A DNA stretch of 64,000 bases from Candidatus Latescibacterota bacterium (GCA_965222605.1 OZ244960.1:4544001-4608000); one strand, 5' to 3'; positions 28,305-38,387 are shown, numbered from the stretch's first letter. Made by a program: numbers and translations. The notes: generated by a model from the letters alone, not told the origin.

Positions 28305-30590
28305 ATGAGACGCCGATACAAAATTTTAATCGGTATTTTTGCGGGAATAGTACTTCTGTACTTTGCTATTCCGGTGACGCATTTTTTAGAGGATTATAGC
28401 ACGGTTGTGCTGGATAAAGACGGGCGCGTTTTGCGCGCATTTCTCAATAACCGCCAGCAGTGGCATTTTCCGCCGCAGAAGAATGTGCGCGTTTCGCAGA
28501 AGCTCAAAACGAGTGTGCTCTATTTTGAAGATCGATATTTTGAGTACCACTTTGGCGTCAATCCCGTGTCTGTGGTGCGCGCGTTGTATCAAAATTTGAA
28601 ACAGGGCAAAACTGTGAGTGGTGCGAGTACGTTGACCATGCAAGTTGCGCGGCTGATGCACCCCAGGCCGCGCACATATCTCAACAAAACACTGGAGATG
28701 CTTCAGGTGCTGAAGATCGAGATGCGGTATTCAAAAGAAGAGATTTTGCAACTTTATCTCGATCACGCGCCTTATGGCGGGAATGTGGTGGGCTATCGGG
28801 CGGCGGCGTTGCGTTTTTTTCGGAAGGCACCGGACCAACTGACATGGGCAGAGGCGGCAGTGCTCGCGGTATTGCCCAATTCGCCGGGAAAAATTTCGCC
28901 TCAGACAAATCCCGGTACTTTAAAAAAGAAGCGCGATGCGTTGCTCAACGCACTGCACAGGGCGGGATATTTTGATGCGGAGACGCTGTATCTGGCGCGA
29001 AAAGAGTCTGTACCGCGCAAGTCGCATCCGTTTCCCATGCTGGCCCCTCATTTGGCGCGGTACATTAAAGATCGCCAGACGTCGTTTGTGCATCCAACGA
29101 CGATTGATCGGAATATTCAGATGCGGGCAGAAGAACTCGTTGCGCGTCATGTCAGCAGGTTGCGGCAGCGCGGGATTCACAATGGTTTTGCGCTGATTGC
29201 GGATACCAAAACGGGTGCTGTTCGCGCTTATATCGGGTCTGAAAATTTCACAGATAGTCACGTCGATGGGATTCGCGCGCCGCGGTCGTCGGGTTCGTTG
29301 CTCAAGCCGTTTCTCTACGCGCTCAGTATGGATGCGGGGTTGATTCTGCCGCAGAGCAAAATTCGGGATATTCCGACGTATTACGGTTCGTTTTCGCCAC
29401 ACAATGCCAGTCGCACGTTTCAGGGGCTTGTCTCGGCGCACGATGCTTTGATTTTGTCGGCGAATGTGCCTGCGGTGCGCCTGCTTTCTACGTATGGCGT
29501 GGTGGCGTTTTACGAACGGCTTCGCGCGGCTGGTTTGACGACGTTGTTCCGCACGCCGAATGATTACGGTTTGCCCCTTGTGCTCGGCGGTGCCGAGGTG
29601 ACGGGCTGGGATATGGCGGTGCTTTTTCGCGGCCTGGGCAATGGGGGCGTGTTTCAGCCCCTTCATATCAATCCGGCAGACCGTCCGCCTGAACCCCCGC
29701 GTTTGCTCAGTCGCGGCGCGTGTTATCTGGTGCTGAATACGTTGCGCGATCTCTCGCGGCCCGGAGTAGAATTTTACTGGCATCAGTTTCAAAACCAGTG
29801 GCCCATTGCCTGGAAAACGGGTACGAGTTATGGACACCGCGATGCGTGGGCCGTGGGGGTGTCGCCGCAGTGGACGATTGCTGTGTGGGTGGGAAATTTC
29901 GCGGGTGAAGGGGTGTCTGAACTCACGGGGGCGCGCTGTGCCGCGCCTTTGTTTTTCGATCTGTTTAACAGTTTGCCCCACGATCCCGATCAACGGTGGT
30001 TTGCGCCGCCTCAGGCCGATTTGACCCGGCGCGATATCTGTGCAGATACGGGGTATCGCGCCGCGCCGCATTGTCCAGAGCGGGTTTCTGTGGAAGCTCC
30101 CCGCGTACTTTTGAAAATTTGCCCGTATCATCGGGTTATAACTGTGAATGCCGATAGTACACAGCGGGTATGCTCTCTTTGTTGGCAGCCGGGTGAACAC
30201 CGTCGCGTTGTGCGTTTGGTGTATCCGCCAGATGTTGTTCACCACTTGCGACAACGGGGTCAAAGTACAGGGGATTTGCCACCGCATCGCGCGGACTGTG
30301 CAGCGCAAGCTGATCACGCGCCTGTACATATTGTGTATCCAACGCGGAATGCGCGTCTTTATTTGCCCCGAGATTTTGACGGTACCGTGCAGAATGTCGT
30401 GTTGCGGGTGACACATCGCGATAAAAACCGCACGTTATACTGGTATCTCAACCATCGCTATCTGGGAGAGACGAATACGCGGCATGTCAAATCTGTCGCC
30501 TTACCGACAGGCCAACACACGCTCGAAGTGATCGATGAGATCGGCCATCGCGATCAAACGCGTTTTTATGTCTCGTCGAGACAGGGGTGA
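28305..30590 (+). CDS. pbpC: Penicillin-binding protein 1C
   Basis: Transglycosylase EDRYF and GASTLTMQ; transpeptidase SLLK, SAN and KTG; adjacent to A2M. Likely start MRRRYK. Confidence 0.93.
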   Translation: MRRRYKILIGIFAGIVLLYFAIPVTHFLEDYSTVVLDKDGRVLRAFLNNRQQWHFPPQKNVRVSQKLKTSVLYFEDRYFEYHFGVNPVSVVRALYQNLKQGKTVSGASTLTMQVARLMHPRPRTYLNKTLEMLQVLKIEMRYSKEEILQLYLDHAPYGGNVVGYRAAALRFFRKAPDQLTWAEAAVLAVLPNSPGKISPQTNPGTLKKKRDALLNALHRAGYFDAETLYLARKESVPRKSHPFPMLAPHLARYIKDRQTSFVHPTTIDRNIQMRAEELVARHVSRLRQRGIHNGFALIADTKTGAVRAYIGSENFTDSHVDGIRAPRSSGSLLKPFLYALSMDAGLILPQSKIRDIPTYYGSFSPHNASRTFQGLVSAHDALILSANVPAVRLLSTYGVVAFYERLRAAGLTTLFRTPNDYGLPLVLGGAEVTGWDMAVLFRGLGNGGVFQPLHINPADRPPEPPRLLSRGACYLVLNTLRDLSRPGVEFYWHQFQNQWPIAWKTGTSYGHRDAWAVGVSPQWTIAVWVGNFAGEGVSELTGARCAAPLFFDLFNSLPHDPDQRWFAPPQADLTRRDICADTGYRAAPHCPERVSVEAPRVLLKICPYHRVITVNADSTQRVCSLCWQPGEHRRVVRLVYPPDVVHHLRQRGQSTGDLPPHRADCAAQADHAPVHIVYPTRNARLYLPRDFDGTVQNVVLRVTHRDKNRTLYWYLNHRYLGETNTRHVKSVALPTGQHTLEVIDEIGHRDQTRFYVSSRQG

Positions 30591-30663
30591 ACACTTGGCT
30601 GGCCGATTCGTACATATCCCTGTCTGTCCTAAAACTTATCAATATCCATAAAGTGGGAAATCT

Positions 30664-31575
30664 ATGTACATTCCAGAAACCCTATCGTCCAATCCAAAAT
30701 GGGCTGGATGGATCGAACGGCTACCAGATATTGTCGCTGCGTGTGCAAAGCGATGGGATCTTCGCATTGAAAATCCTATGACAGAAGATTACGCCGAAAT
30801 GTCCTATAGCTATATCGCACCGGCGAGGGATGCGAAGGGCACAGAGGTCATTTTAAAAATTGGCTCGCCTTCGCAACTGGCGGAAATCTGGCAACAAGAG
30901 TGCCACGCGCTGCAACTTTGCAATGGTGATGGCACGGTCAAGTTGCTCGATTTTGACGAGGCGTTGGGCGTGCTGATGCTCGAGCGCGTCTGTCCAGGTG
31001 TGCCTTTGGGTGTTTGTCCGGATGACGAGGAGAATACGCGCATTGCCGCTCGCCTGATGAAAAAGTTCTGGCAACCCGTTCCGAAAATTCACACTTTTCG
31101 ACCGACGGCTTACGAAATAGATGGCTTTGACAAATTGCGTAAAAAATTCAATGGCGGCACTGGGCCGTTGCCCGAGAAATGGGTTGTGCGCGCCGAAACA
31201 CTTTACGATGAGTTGATGAGTACCAGTACAGAAACGGTTGTTCTGCACGGGGATTTGCATCACTGGAATATCTTGAGTTCAGAGCGCGAACCGTATCTCG
31301 TCATTGATCCCAAAGGTTATTTTGGCGATCCGGGTTACGAGGTCGGTGCTTTTTTGGCGAATTATCCCGACGCATCCTGTGAAGGATATGACCGGGGTGA
31401 AATCGATGTTCGACGCGTGGAGATTATGGCCGAAGAATTGGATATCCCGCGCGAGCGAATTATCAAATGGGGTCTGGTTCTGGCTTTAATTTGGGCGAGG
31501 TGGAGTGCGGATACGCCCGAAGAATTTTGGCGTACAAGTATTAATCGCGCCCAGGCATTGGATCAGTTGCTTTAG
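30664..31575 (+). CDS. Aminoglycoside/hydroxyurea phosphotransferase, APH(6)-like
   Basis: LHGDLHHWNIL, IDPKGYFGDPGYE. Confidence 0.85.
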   Translation: MYIPETLSSNPKWAGWIERLPDIVAACAKRWDLRIENPMTEDYAEMSYSYIAPARDAKGTEVILKIGSPSQLAEIWQQECHALQLCNGDGTVKLLDFDEALGVLMLERVCPGVPLGVCPDDEENTRIAARLMKKFWQPVPKIHTFRPTAYEIDGFDKLRKKFNGGTGPLPEKWVVRAETLYDELMSTSTETVVLHGDLHHWNILSSEREPYLVIDPKGYFGDPGYEVGAFLANYPDASCEGYDRGEIDVRRVEIMAEELDIPRERIIKWGLVLALIWARWSADTPEEFWRTSINRAQALDQLL

Positions 31576-31612
31576 ATGATGTGTCATATCACACTAACCA
31601 CAAGGAGATTTT

Positions 31613-33001
31613 ATGTCTGACCGTCCAAATATTCTGGTGATTATGTCCGATGAGCACGACCCGGCAGTGATGGGGTGTTATGGCGATTCTATTGTGCAAA
31701 CGCCGCACATGGACCGGCTGGCCGAAGAGGGTATTGTGTTTGATGCGGCTTATACGAGTTCGCCGCTTTGCGCGCCTGCGCGTGCGAGTTTTACGGCGGC
31801 GCAATATGTGAGTCGCTGTGGTGTTTGGACCAATGATTGTCAGTTGCCCTCTGACGATTATCCTTCGCTGCCTCATGCGCTGAATGCGGTAGGCTATGAA
31901 TGCTGGTTGGGCGGTAAGATGCATTTTGCGGGTACGCATCGCTATGGTTTTCGCGATGTTTATCCCGGTGCGAATCAAGGGGACAGGAGTGGGAAGGGCG
32001 GACGGCGAGCGTTCGATGATATGCGGGAGTCAGCACGCGGTTGGGAAGGGCGAGTGGCGGCTTTTAAGACGAGTGATACATCGCCCATTTTAGAAAAGGA
32101 CCGCAAGGTGACGGCGGAGTGCAGTGCGTTTTTGCAGGATCGGTCGGCGGATGATAAGCCGTTCTTTTTGCTGGCCGGTTATCTGGCGCCGCATTTTCCA
32201 TTGACTATTCCAGAAGCGTATTACGCGCCTTACAAAGACAAGGTGCCCATGCCCGAGATTCCCGAGGATTTTTTGGAGACGTTGCCGACCAATTACAAGC
32301 ATTTGCGAGCTGGGTTTGGCGTGACAAAGGCGACGCCCGAGCAGACGAAATTGGGGCGCGAGCTTTACTGGGGCTTTGTGAATTGGCTGGACGATGAGAT
32401 CGGCAAGTTGCTTTCCGCACTCAATGATTCCGAAGTGGCGGATAATACAATTGTGATTTACTGCACGGATCACGGCGAGAACAAGGGCGATCATGGGTTG
32501 TGGTGGAAGAATAATATGTATGAACACGCTTCGCGGATGCCGCTGATTGTGTCTTATCCAAAACGCTGGGCTGGTGGGCAGCGGCGGACGGGTGTGTGTT
32601 CACTGGTGGATCTGGCGCAGACAATAGCGGAGATCGGCGGGGCGGAACGGTCAGATGACTGGGATGGCGAGTCGCTGCTCAATTATCTGGACGATGGGAA
32701 TAGCGATTGGCGGGATATTGCGGTGAGCGAATACTATGGCCACAATATTGCGTCGGGCATGGCGATGATTCGGCAGGGGCCATGGAAATACGTGTATCAC
32801 ACGCGGTTTGACGAGGTGCATGGACCCGAACGCGAGTTGTACAATTTGGAAGAGGATGCCGGGGAATTTAACAATCTGGCAAATGATCCCGCGCAGGCAG
32901 ATCGCATCTCGAAATTGCACGATTTGTTGGCGAAGGAGTTGAGACGCGATCCCGAAGAGGCCGAAGCGCAAAGCCGAGCGGATTTGGCGAAGGGGTATTG
33001 A
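31613..33001 (+). CDS. Sulfatase (choline-sulfatase-like)
   Basis: MSDEH, CAPAR, GKMHF, TDHGE. Confidence 0.9.
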   Translation: MSDRPNILVIMSDEHDPAVMGCYGDSIVQTPHMDRLAEEGIVFDAAYTSSPLCAPARASFTAAQYVSRCGVWTNDCQLPSDDYPSLPHALNAVGYECWLGGKMHFAGTHRYGFRDVYPGANQGDRSGKGGRRAFDDMRESARGWEGRVAAFKTSDTSPILEKDRKVTAECSAFLQDRSADDKPFFLLAGYLAPHFPLTIPEAYYAPYKDKVPMPEIPEDFLETLPTNYKHLRAGFGVTKATPEQTKLGRELYWGFVNWLDDEIGKLLSALNDSEVADNTIVIYCTDHGENKGDHGLWWKNNMYEHASRMPLIVSYPKRWAGGQRRTGVCSLVDLAQTIAEIGGAERSDDWDGESLLNYLDDGNSDWRDIAVSEYYGHNIASGMAMIRQGPWKYVYHTRFDEVHGPERELYNLEEDAGEFNNLANDPAQADRISKLHDLLAKELRRDPEEAEAQSRADLAKGY

Positions 33002-35103
33002 TGGACCTATCGCTATATGAAATGATCTGGCTGGTCGGCGCGGCGCTTGCCGCCGGGTTGCTCTGGGGCATTTTTGTCTCGGCGATAAAGCGGAAGGGCA
33101 CGCCGCTTCCGCTTTTGTTGTTGATTTCAGCGGGGGCACTCTGGTACACTGGAGACGCGCTGCGCATTTTGATTGAGCAGGCGGCGCCGGATGCTGGTGC
33201 AGTGAATTATGCGGCGCATGTGGCGCGTTTTGGGCTCGATTTTTTGCCTTCTGCGCTGTTGGCAACGGTGCTGGTTTTTGCAGATGAGCACAAGATGGCG
33301 CGTGGGTTGCGGCGGTATCTCCTGCCTATCACTTTTGTGCCGGGGATAATCATTTTTTTGATTGGCATGTCTCAAGCACCGATCAAGCGCGTGAGTTTTA
33401 GCCTGTATGCCATCGCTATGCTTCTGTTTTCGGCGTATCTCTGCCGGGGATTTGCGATGAGGTCGGAGACAGAGGTGCATAAGGTGTTTTACCGTTTGAT
33501 GGCCTTCGCGCTGACGGGTATCGCGGTTTTGACGGTTTTTGCCTATCCGCTTGGGTTGCTCCAAAGTGCTGTTGTGGGGCCGGTGCTCGCTCTGGTGCTT
33601 TTTCTTTCGCCGATCGTGCCGGCGTATATTCTGGGTTATTTTATTTATCGGTACAGCTTTTTCCAGATTGTTGTGAATCCCGCGTTGTTTTATTCTGCGT
33701 TGACAGGTATTGTGTTGACGGTTTATTTGCTTGTGATTCGGCGCGTTGCAGAGGCATTGGGACGTCTGGACAGTGGGTTCAGGGTAGAGGTGGTTGAGGC
33801 TATTTTGATTTCGCTGTTGATTTTTCTGTTTCAGCCAATTAAGAATCGGTTGCAGGGGATAATCAATCGCCTGTTTTTCAGGGCGCGCTACGAATACCAG
33901 CATTTGCTGGGTACGTTGAGTCAAACGCTGAATGTGCCGCACGCGCTGGAGAGGCGGTTGAAGTCGGTGGTAGATGCGGTTGGAACTGTATTGAAGGTAC
34001 ACGCTGTTTCGCTGGTGGTGTTCGAGTACGAGGAGGGGCGGGTCAGTCAGGTGGAGGTGATCGCAAGCAGTGGTTTGCCAGGGTTTGATCCATCACCCAC
34101 GCCGTTTGAGGGAGAAGACGGGAGGCAGATCGAAGCGGTGGTCGGCTGGCTGTTGGCTCACCGCCGCCCGCTGGATGTAGGCGATTTGCACTATCCGGCA
34201 CTTACTGCAATACTGGCAAAGCAAGGGGTTGAATTGTGTATTCCGGTGTTGCAAGAGGAAAAGCCGGTTGGTTTGCTCTGTCTGAGTGAGAAGAAACGCG
34301 GGGGATCTTTTTCGTCTGAAGAATGGGATTTGCTCGGTACGCTTTGCAATCAGATTGCATTGGCGGTTGAAAATACGCGCCTGGTGGAGCGGCGGTTGCA
34401 ATTGGAGCGGCAGATGTACGAGGCGGAGCGGCTTTCGGCGTTGGGGTTGCTTTCGGCGAGTATTGCGCACGAGGTGAAGAATCCCCTGAGTTCGATCAAG
34501 GCGATTGCGACTGTGTTGCGGGAGGATTTGCAAGATGACCAGACAAAGGTGGGCGATTTGTCTGTGGTGTTGCGCGAGATTGATCGGCTAAACCGCGTGG
34601 TAGATCGCTTGCTCAGATTTGCCCAACCCAAGCAGGACGATGGGTTTCAGGCGTTGGACCTGAAGGCTGTGCTGGAAGATGTGGTGTTGATTTTGTTTCA
34701 CGAGGCGGAGCGACACGGCGTGGAGATCTGTTTTGAGGTGGCGGATGGTCTCGTGGTGAAGGGCGATCCAGAGGATTTAAAGGAAGTGTTTTTCAATTTG
34801 ATTTTGAACGGTATTCAGGCTATGGAAGGCGATTGCACAGAGCGGCGGTTGACGGTGCAGGCGCGGCGGTTGCACGGCGGTGTGGAGGTGCGGGTGTTGG
34901 ATACAGGGTCGGGGATTTCAGAGGAAGGTCAGGCTCGTATTTTTGAGCCGTTTTTCACGACGAAGGCTTCGGGCACGGGCTTGGGGCTTGCGATTGTGAA
35001 GCGCGATGTGGAGCGGATGGGAGGTGCGATTGAGGTGGCAAATGCAGATGGCGCGGGGGCGGTGTTTGCGGTTCAACTTCCCGGGGGGGACGATGCAGTA
35101 TAA
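32998..35103 (+). CDS. Membrane GAF-domain sensor histidine kinase (PrsK-like architecture)
   Basis: Multi-TM N-terminus; GAF; H-box AHEVKNPL; N-box NLILNGIQA; DTGSG, FEPFFTTK, GTGLGL. Confidence 0.92.
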   Translation: MMDLSLYEMIWLVGAALAAGLLWGIFVSAIKRKGTPLPLLLLISAGALWYTGDALRILIEQAAPDAGAVNYAAHVARFGLDFLPSALLATVLVFADEHKMARGLRRYLLPITFVPGIIIFLIGMSQAPIKRVSFSLYAIAMLLFSAYLCRGFAMRSETEVHKVFYRLMAFALTGIAVLTVFAYPLGLLQSAVVGPVLALVLFLSPIVPAYILGYFIYRYSFFQIVVNPALFYSALTGIVLTVYLLVIRRVAEALGRLDSGFRVEVVEAILISLLIFLFQPIKNRLQGIINRLFFRARYEYQHLLGTLSQTLNVPHALERRLKSVVDAVGTVLKVHAVSLVVFEYEEGRVSQVEVIASSGLPGFDPSPTPFEGEDGRQIEAVVGWLLAHRRPLDVGDLHYPALTAILAKQGVELCIPVLQEEKPVGLLCLSEKKRGGSFSSEEWDLLGTLCNQIALAVENTRLVERRLQLERQMYEAERLSALGLLSASIAHEVKNPLSSIKAIATVLREDLQDDQTKVGDLSVVLREIDRLNRVVDRLLRFAQPKQDDGFQALDLKAVLEDVVLILFHEAERHGVEICFEVADGLVVKGDPEDLKEVFFNLILNGIQAMEGDCTERRLTVQARRLHGGVEVRVLDTGSGISEEGQARIFEPFFTTKASGTGLGLAIVKRDVERMGGAIEVANADGAGAVFAVQLPGGDDAV

Positions 35104-36484
35104 AATTCTGGTTGTGGATGATGACCCTGCGGCGCGGTATGGGTTGAAGCGGGCACTGGCGGTGCTGGGGTGTGAGATTGTCGAAGCAGAGGATGGGGTG
35201 GCTGCGCTGGCGGCTGTGGCGCAGGGCAATCCCGATTTGTTGATTTGCGATATCCAGATGCCGAAGATGGATGGGTTGACGCTGGTGAAGCGATTGGCTG
35301 ATCAGGGGGATGCGCGACCGGTTATTGTGATTACGGCGTATGGGTCGGAGCGGATTGCGGTGGAGGCGATGAAGGCGGGTGCGTACGATTATTTGAGCAA
35401 GCCCTACGATGTGGATGAGCTTCGCTGTTTGGTGGAGAATGTGCTGGAGACGGTGCGGTTGCGGCGGGAGAATGAGACGCTTCGCAACGCGCTTCGGCAG
35501 CAGTCGGGGTTCGGGTTGTTGATTGGTCGCAGCCGCGCGATGGAGAAGGTTTATGATTTGATCGGCAAGGTGGCTACGACCGATGCAGGGGTGCTGATTA
35601 GCGGGGAGAGTGGTACGGGAAAGGAATTGGTTGCGCGGGCGATTCACGAGCAGAGCGGGCGAAAGGCGTGGCCTTTTGTCGCGGTGAATGCGGCAGCGCT
35701 GCCGACGGAGTTGATCGAGAGCGAGTTGTTCGGGCATGAGAGAGGTGCATTTACCGGGGCGACTGCGCGGCGGCAGGGCAAGTTTGAGCTTGCGGATGGG
35801 GGGACCCTGTTTTTAGACGAGATCGGCGATATGCACGTCGAGACGCAGGCGAAGTTGTTGCGCGTGTTGGAGGAGCAACAATTTGAGCGCCTGGGCGGTT
35901 CGGAGACGGTGACGGTCGATGTGCGGATTATCAGCGCGACGAATAAGGATTTGCCGGTGGAAATTGCGGAAGGACGGTTTCGGGAGGATCTTTTTTATCG
36001 CTTAAAGGTGGTGGATATTTTTTTGCCGCCTTTGCGGGATCGGCGCGAGGATATTCCGTTGCTTGTTCAGCATTTTTTGGCGCGTTTTAATGAACAGCAC
36101 GGCAAGGCGATGGCAGATGTGCCGCCGGATGTGATGAAGATGCTGATGGTGTATGCATGGCCGGGCAATATACGGGAGTTGATGCACGCGGTTGAGCGGG
36201 CGGTTATTTTTTCAGATGGGTCCGAGTTGAGTCGCGATTTGCTTCCTCAGGAGGTTCGGGGCGTTGAGTCTGTGGAGAGCGAGGAGTCTGTCTGGCGAGA
36301 TGGGGTGTTTTTTCAAGATGCAAAGCATGAGGTTGTGCAGTCTTTTGAGGTTGCGTTTATTCGATCCGCCTTAGAATACTACAATGGCAATATCAGCCGT
36401 ACGGCACCGGCTATTGGTATGAAACGGCAGGCGTTGCAACAGAAGTTGAAGGAGCACGGGATCGATCCCGGGATTTATCGGTAA
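35093..36484 (+). CDS. Sigma54-dependent response regulator (NtrC family)
   Basis: Start MQYKILVVDD; receiver DIQMP; GESGTGKE; GAFTGA; LFLDEIG; Fis-type HTH. Confidence 0.95.
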   Translation: MQYKILVVDDDPAARYGLKRALAVLGCEIVEAEDGVAALAAVAQGNPDLLICDIQMPKMDGLTLVKRLADQGDARPVIVITAYGSERIAVEAMKAGAYDYLSKPYDVDELRCLVENVLETVRLRRENETLRNALRQQSGFGLLIGRSRAMEKVYDLIGKVATTDAGVLISGESGTGKELVARAIHEQSGRKAWPFVAVNAAALPTELIESELFGHERGAFTGATARRQGKFELADGGTLFLDEIGDMHVETQAKLLRVLEEQQFERLGGSETVTVDVRIISATNKDLPVEIAEGRFREDLFYRLKVVDIFLPPLRDRREDIPLLVQHFLARFNEQHGKAMADVPPDVMKMLMVYAWPGNIRELMHAVERAVIFSDGSELSRDLLPQEVRGVESVESEESVWRDGVFFQDAKHEVVQSFEVAFIRSALEYYNGNISRTAPAIGMKRQALQQKLKEHGIDPGIYR

Positions 36485-36507
36485 TAAAATTTTCAATCTG
36501 TTTGACG

Positions 36508-36543
36508 AGTCCGGAGATACACATTGTGTCTCCGGATTTTTTT
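36508..36543 (+). terminator. Intrinsic terminator of the response-regulator gene
   Basis: AGTCCGGAGATAC-ACATT-GTGTCTCCGGATT followed by a T-run. Confidence 0.75.
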
Positions 36544-36553
36544 GTGTCTGTCA

Positions 36554-36669
36554 TGCAATACGGGGTTTGCAGGTGCAATATAGGATTTGCAGTATTTGGA
36601 GGATTTTGGGGTGGATAGCAGGGAAAATGGCCTTTTCAGGGGTAAAACGGTTTTGGCACAGGATTTGCA
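36554..36669 (+). promoter_or_regulatory. Sigma54 promoter with two upstream activator sites (copy 1)
   Basis: TGCAA-N8-TTGCA at 36554-36571 and 36574-36591; TGGCAC-N5-TTGC at 36654-36668. Confidence 0.85.
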
Positions 36670-36693
36670 TATGACGTGTTGTGACCGAGTAGT

Positions 36694-36747
36694 AAGCAGG
36701 CTGATGCGGTTCCGAAAAATGATAGCCTTCAGCAGGTGGAGATATAG
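36694..36747 (+). pseudogene. Orphan 3' end of the flippase-like (LPG synthase TM) gene
   Basis: 54 bp matching 58219-58272, including the CTTCAGCAGGTGGAGATATAG end. Confidence 0.8.
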
Positions 36748-36831
36748 CAAAATTGCTGCCTGATTCTGTCCAAATTATTGAATGTGACTACTCCCAACGC
36801 TAAAGCGCTCTGCGAGTGGGCTTCTTGGCGG

Positions 36832-37956
36832 TCAAACCGCCTGACGTTGTAGCCCCAACGTCAATATGTTTATGGCAGCATTGAGGTCTCTGTCTGCTGT
36901 ATAGCCACACTGTTTGCAATGATGCACACGATCAGAGAGTTTTTTCTTTTCTCTATGTCCGCATGCCGAGCAATCTTGTGACGTGTATTCAGGCTTGACG
37001 GCCTTGAATCCAATACCAGCCTCTTCCGCTTTGTATTCGAGACAGTGCCGAAACAGGGACCATGCTGCGTCTGCTATTGATTTAGACAATCGCCCGTTCT
37101 TTTGCATCTTTTGAACTTTCAACTTCTCGACGGCTATGAAGCCGTAGCGATTGACCATTTTTCTTGATTCTTGATGGGCAAAGTTATGTCGCTTATTACG
37201 GATACGCTCATGCACTCTGGCAATGACTTTACGTCGCTTTTCTCTTACGGCGTCAGTTTTAGGTCTTTTTTTCACCGCGTCCCATTTGCGCTGTGCTTTG
37301 GCAAGCGTCTTTTCTTCTTTGCGAAAGAATCGCTGGTTGGCTATTGTCTGCCCGTCACTGGTTACAGCAAAGGAATTGAGACCCACGTCAATGCCAACAG
37401 CAGAGTTAGTATCGGTTTTCTTACTTATGTCGCCAATATCACAAGGGATAGATGCATACCATTTACCCGTCGCCGTGCGAGTGATAGTGCAAGACTTTGC
37501 AATGCCGCCGAGAGGTCTATGCTGGACAACGCGAATACAGCCTATTTTGCTCAATCGCAAGCCCTTGCCGTCCAATCGGCAACCGCTGGAAAAATTAGGA
37601 TAGGTAATAGAATCATAGCGATTCTGTCCCTTATATCTGGGAAAGCCAGCTTTCTCGCCAGTCTTTGCCCTCTCTTTGAAGCGACGAAAGAAACCTTTGA
37701 ACGCCAAATCCACTCTTGCTGATACTTGTTGCAATACCTGACTATATACTTGCGTAAATTCAGCATGTTGTTGCTTCAGCAATGGTATCGTATTCGTTTG
37801 GTCATACTTTGACAGGGACTTATTCTCATTTTTCCATGCTTGCTTTCTGGCACAGAGGAGTTGGTTGTAGAGAATGCGACATTCGTCAATATGTGCCAGC
37901 AAGATTTTCTCTTGCTTTTTGGTCGGGCGCAATCTGTATTTAAATGACTTAACCAT
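36832..37956 (-). CDS. tnpB: RNA-guided endonuclease TnpB
   Basis: N-terminal HTH (FKYRLRPT); RuvC residues in GIDVG, AVEKL and DRDLNAAINI; CxxC...CxxC zinc finger. Confidence 0.95.
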   Translation of the reverse strand: MVKSFKYRLRPTKKQEKILLAHIDECRILYNQLLCARKQAWKNENKSLSKYDQTNTIPLLKQQHAEFTQVYSQVLQQVSARVDLAFKGFFRRFKERAKTGEKAGFPRYKGQNRYDSITYPNFSSGCRLDGKGLRLSKIGCIRVVQHRPLGGIAKSCTITRTATGKWYASIPCDIGDISKKTDTNSAVGIDVGLNSFAVTSDGQTIANQRFFRKEEKTLAKAQRKWDAVKKRPKTDAVREKRRKVIARVHERIRNKRHNFAHQESRKMVNRYGFIAVEKLKVQKMQKNGRLSKSIADAAWSLFRHCLEYKAEEAGIGFKAVKPEYTSQDCSACGHREKKKLSDRVHHCKQCGYTADRDLNAAINILTLGLQRQAV

Positions 37957-37962
37957 AAGTAA

Positions 37963-37991
37963 AATATATATTTATATGCCTTTTCTGTCAA
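37963..37991 (-). promoter_or_regulatory. Sigma70-type promoter for tnpB (probably leaderless mRNA)
   Basis: TTGACA-17 bp-TATATT ending 6 nt before the ATG; no RBS. Confidence 0.65.
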
Positions 37992-38213
37992 GCAAAACTA
38001 AAGGACTATTCTTGTTGATTCACCGCCCACATTGTCTTGAACAATGTGCCGCCATGCTAAAGCACCAACCCATAGATTCGTAGAGCCACTTGCAAAACAA
38101 CGCTCGCTAACTCGCGTCTGTTTCCCAACGCTAAAGCTGTTGGGTTTTACGGGCTATCCGATAAATTATATAAAAAGTATTTGAAAAACCGCGGGAATGA
38201 TATATTTTATTTT

Positions 38214-38387
38214 TGTCAACAGTCAAGCAGGTACCGTTATGTCGGGTATCTGCTGAATACAATAACCGAGTATAGACATGGACTGATCCCCCATGTTTCG
38301 GTAAATAGGTAGGACATTCCCGCATTTCTATTCCTGCGTGACTGTTGACAATGCCCGGCACCCCTTTTTTGGGGTGTCGATGTCAAC
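38214..38387 (+). ncRNA. Candidate structured RNA or leader upstream of the WD40 gene
   Basis: 18-bp long-range stem (38214-38231 with 38333-38350) enclosing further hairpins, plus an overlapping downstream hairpin. Confidence 0.35.

Larger units (their letters stand above)
36487..36693 (+). repeat. Duplicated ~205-bp terminator + enhancer + sigma54 promoter block (copy 1)
   Basis: Aligns end to end with 56349-56557. Confidence 0.9.
36784..38160 (-). mobile_element. IS200/IS605-family (IS1341-like) element carrying tnpB only
   Basis: Right end GAAGCCC...GGGAGTAGTCAC ends at 36784; related CCCAACGCTAAAGC hairpins at both ends; TTTAT on the minus strand at 38161-38165 is the candidate target/TAM; no tnpA ORF. 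Confidence 0.75.

Noticed and set aside
28920-30416. Long antisense ORFs (498 aa here; also 57130-58284 and 27395-28321)
   Set aside because: They overlap well-supported genes on the opposite strand and show no recognisable motifs.
30664-31575. Acquired streptomycin resistance gene
   Set aside because: APH(6)-like family membership only; no mobile context and the substrate cannot be inferred.
36493-36750. Minus-strand ORFs 36493-36750 and 56122-56523 with similar translations
   Set aside because: The similarity comes from the duplicated promoter DNA; no coding evidence.
37992-38110. Possible tnpA between tnpB and the left end
   Set aside because: Too short, with no HUH or catalytic Tyr motif recognisable.
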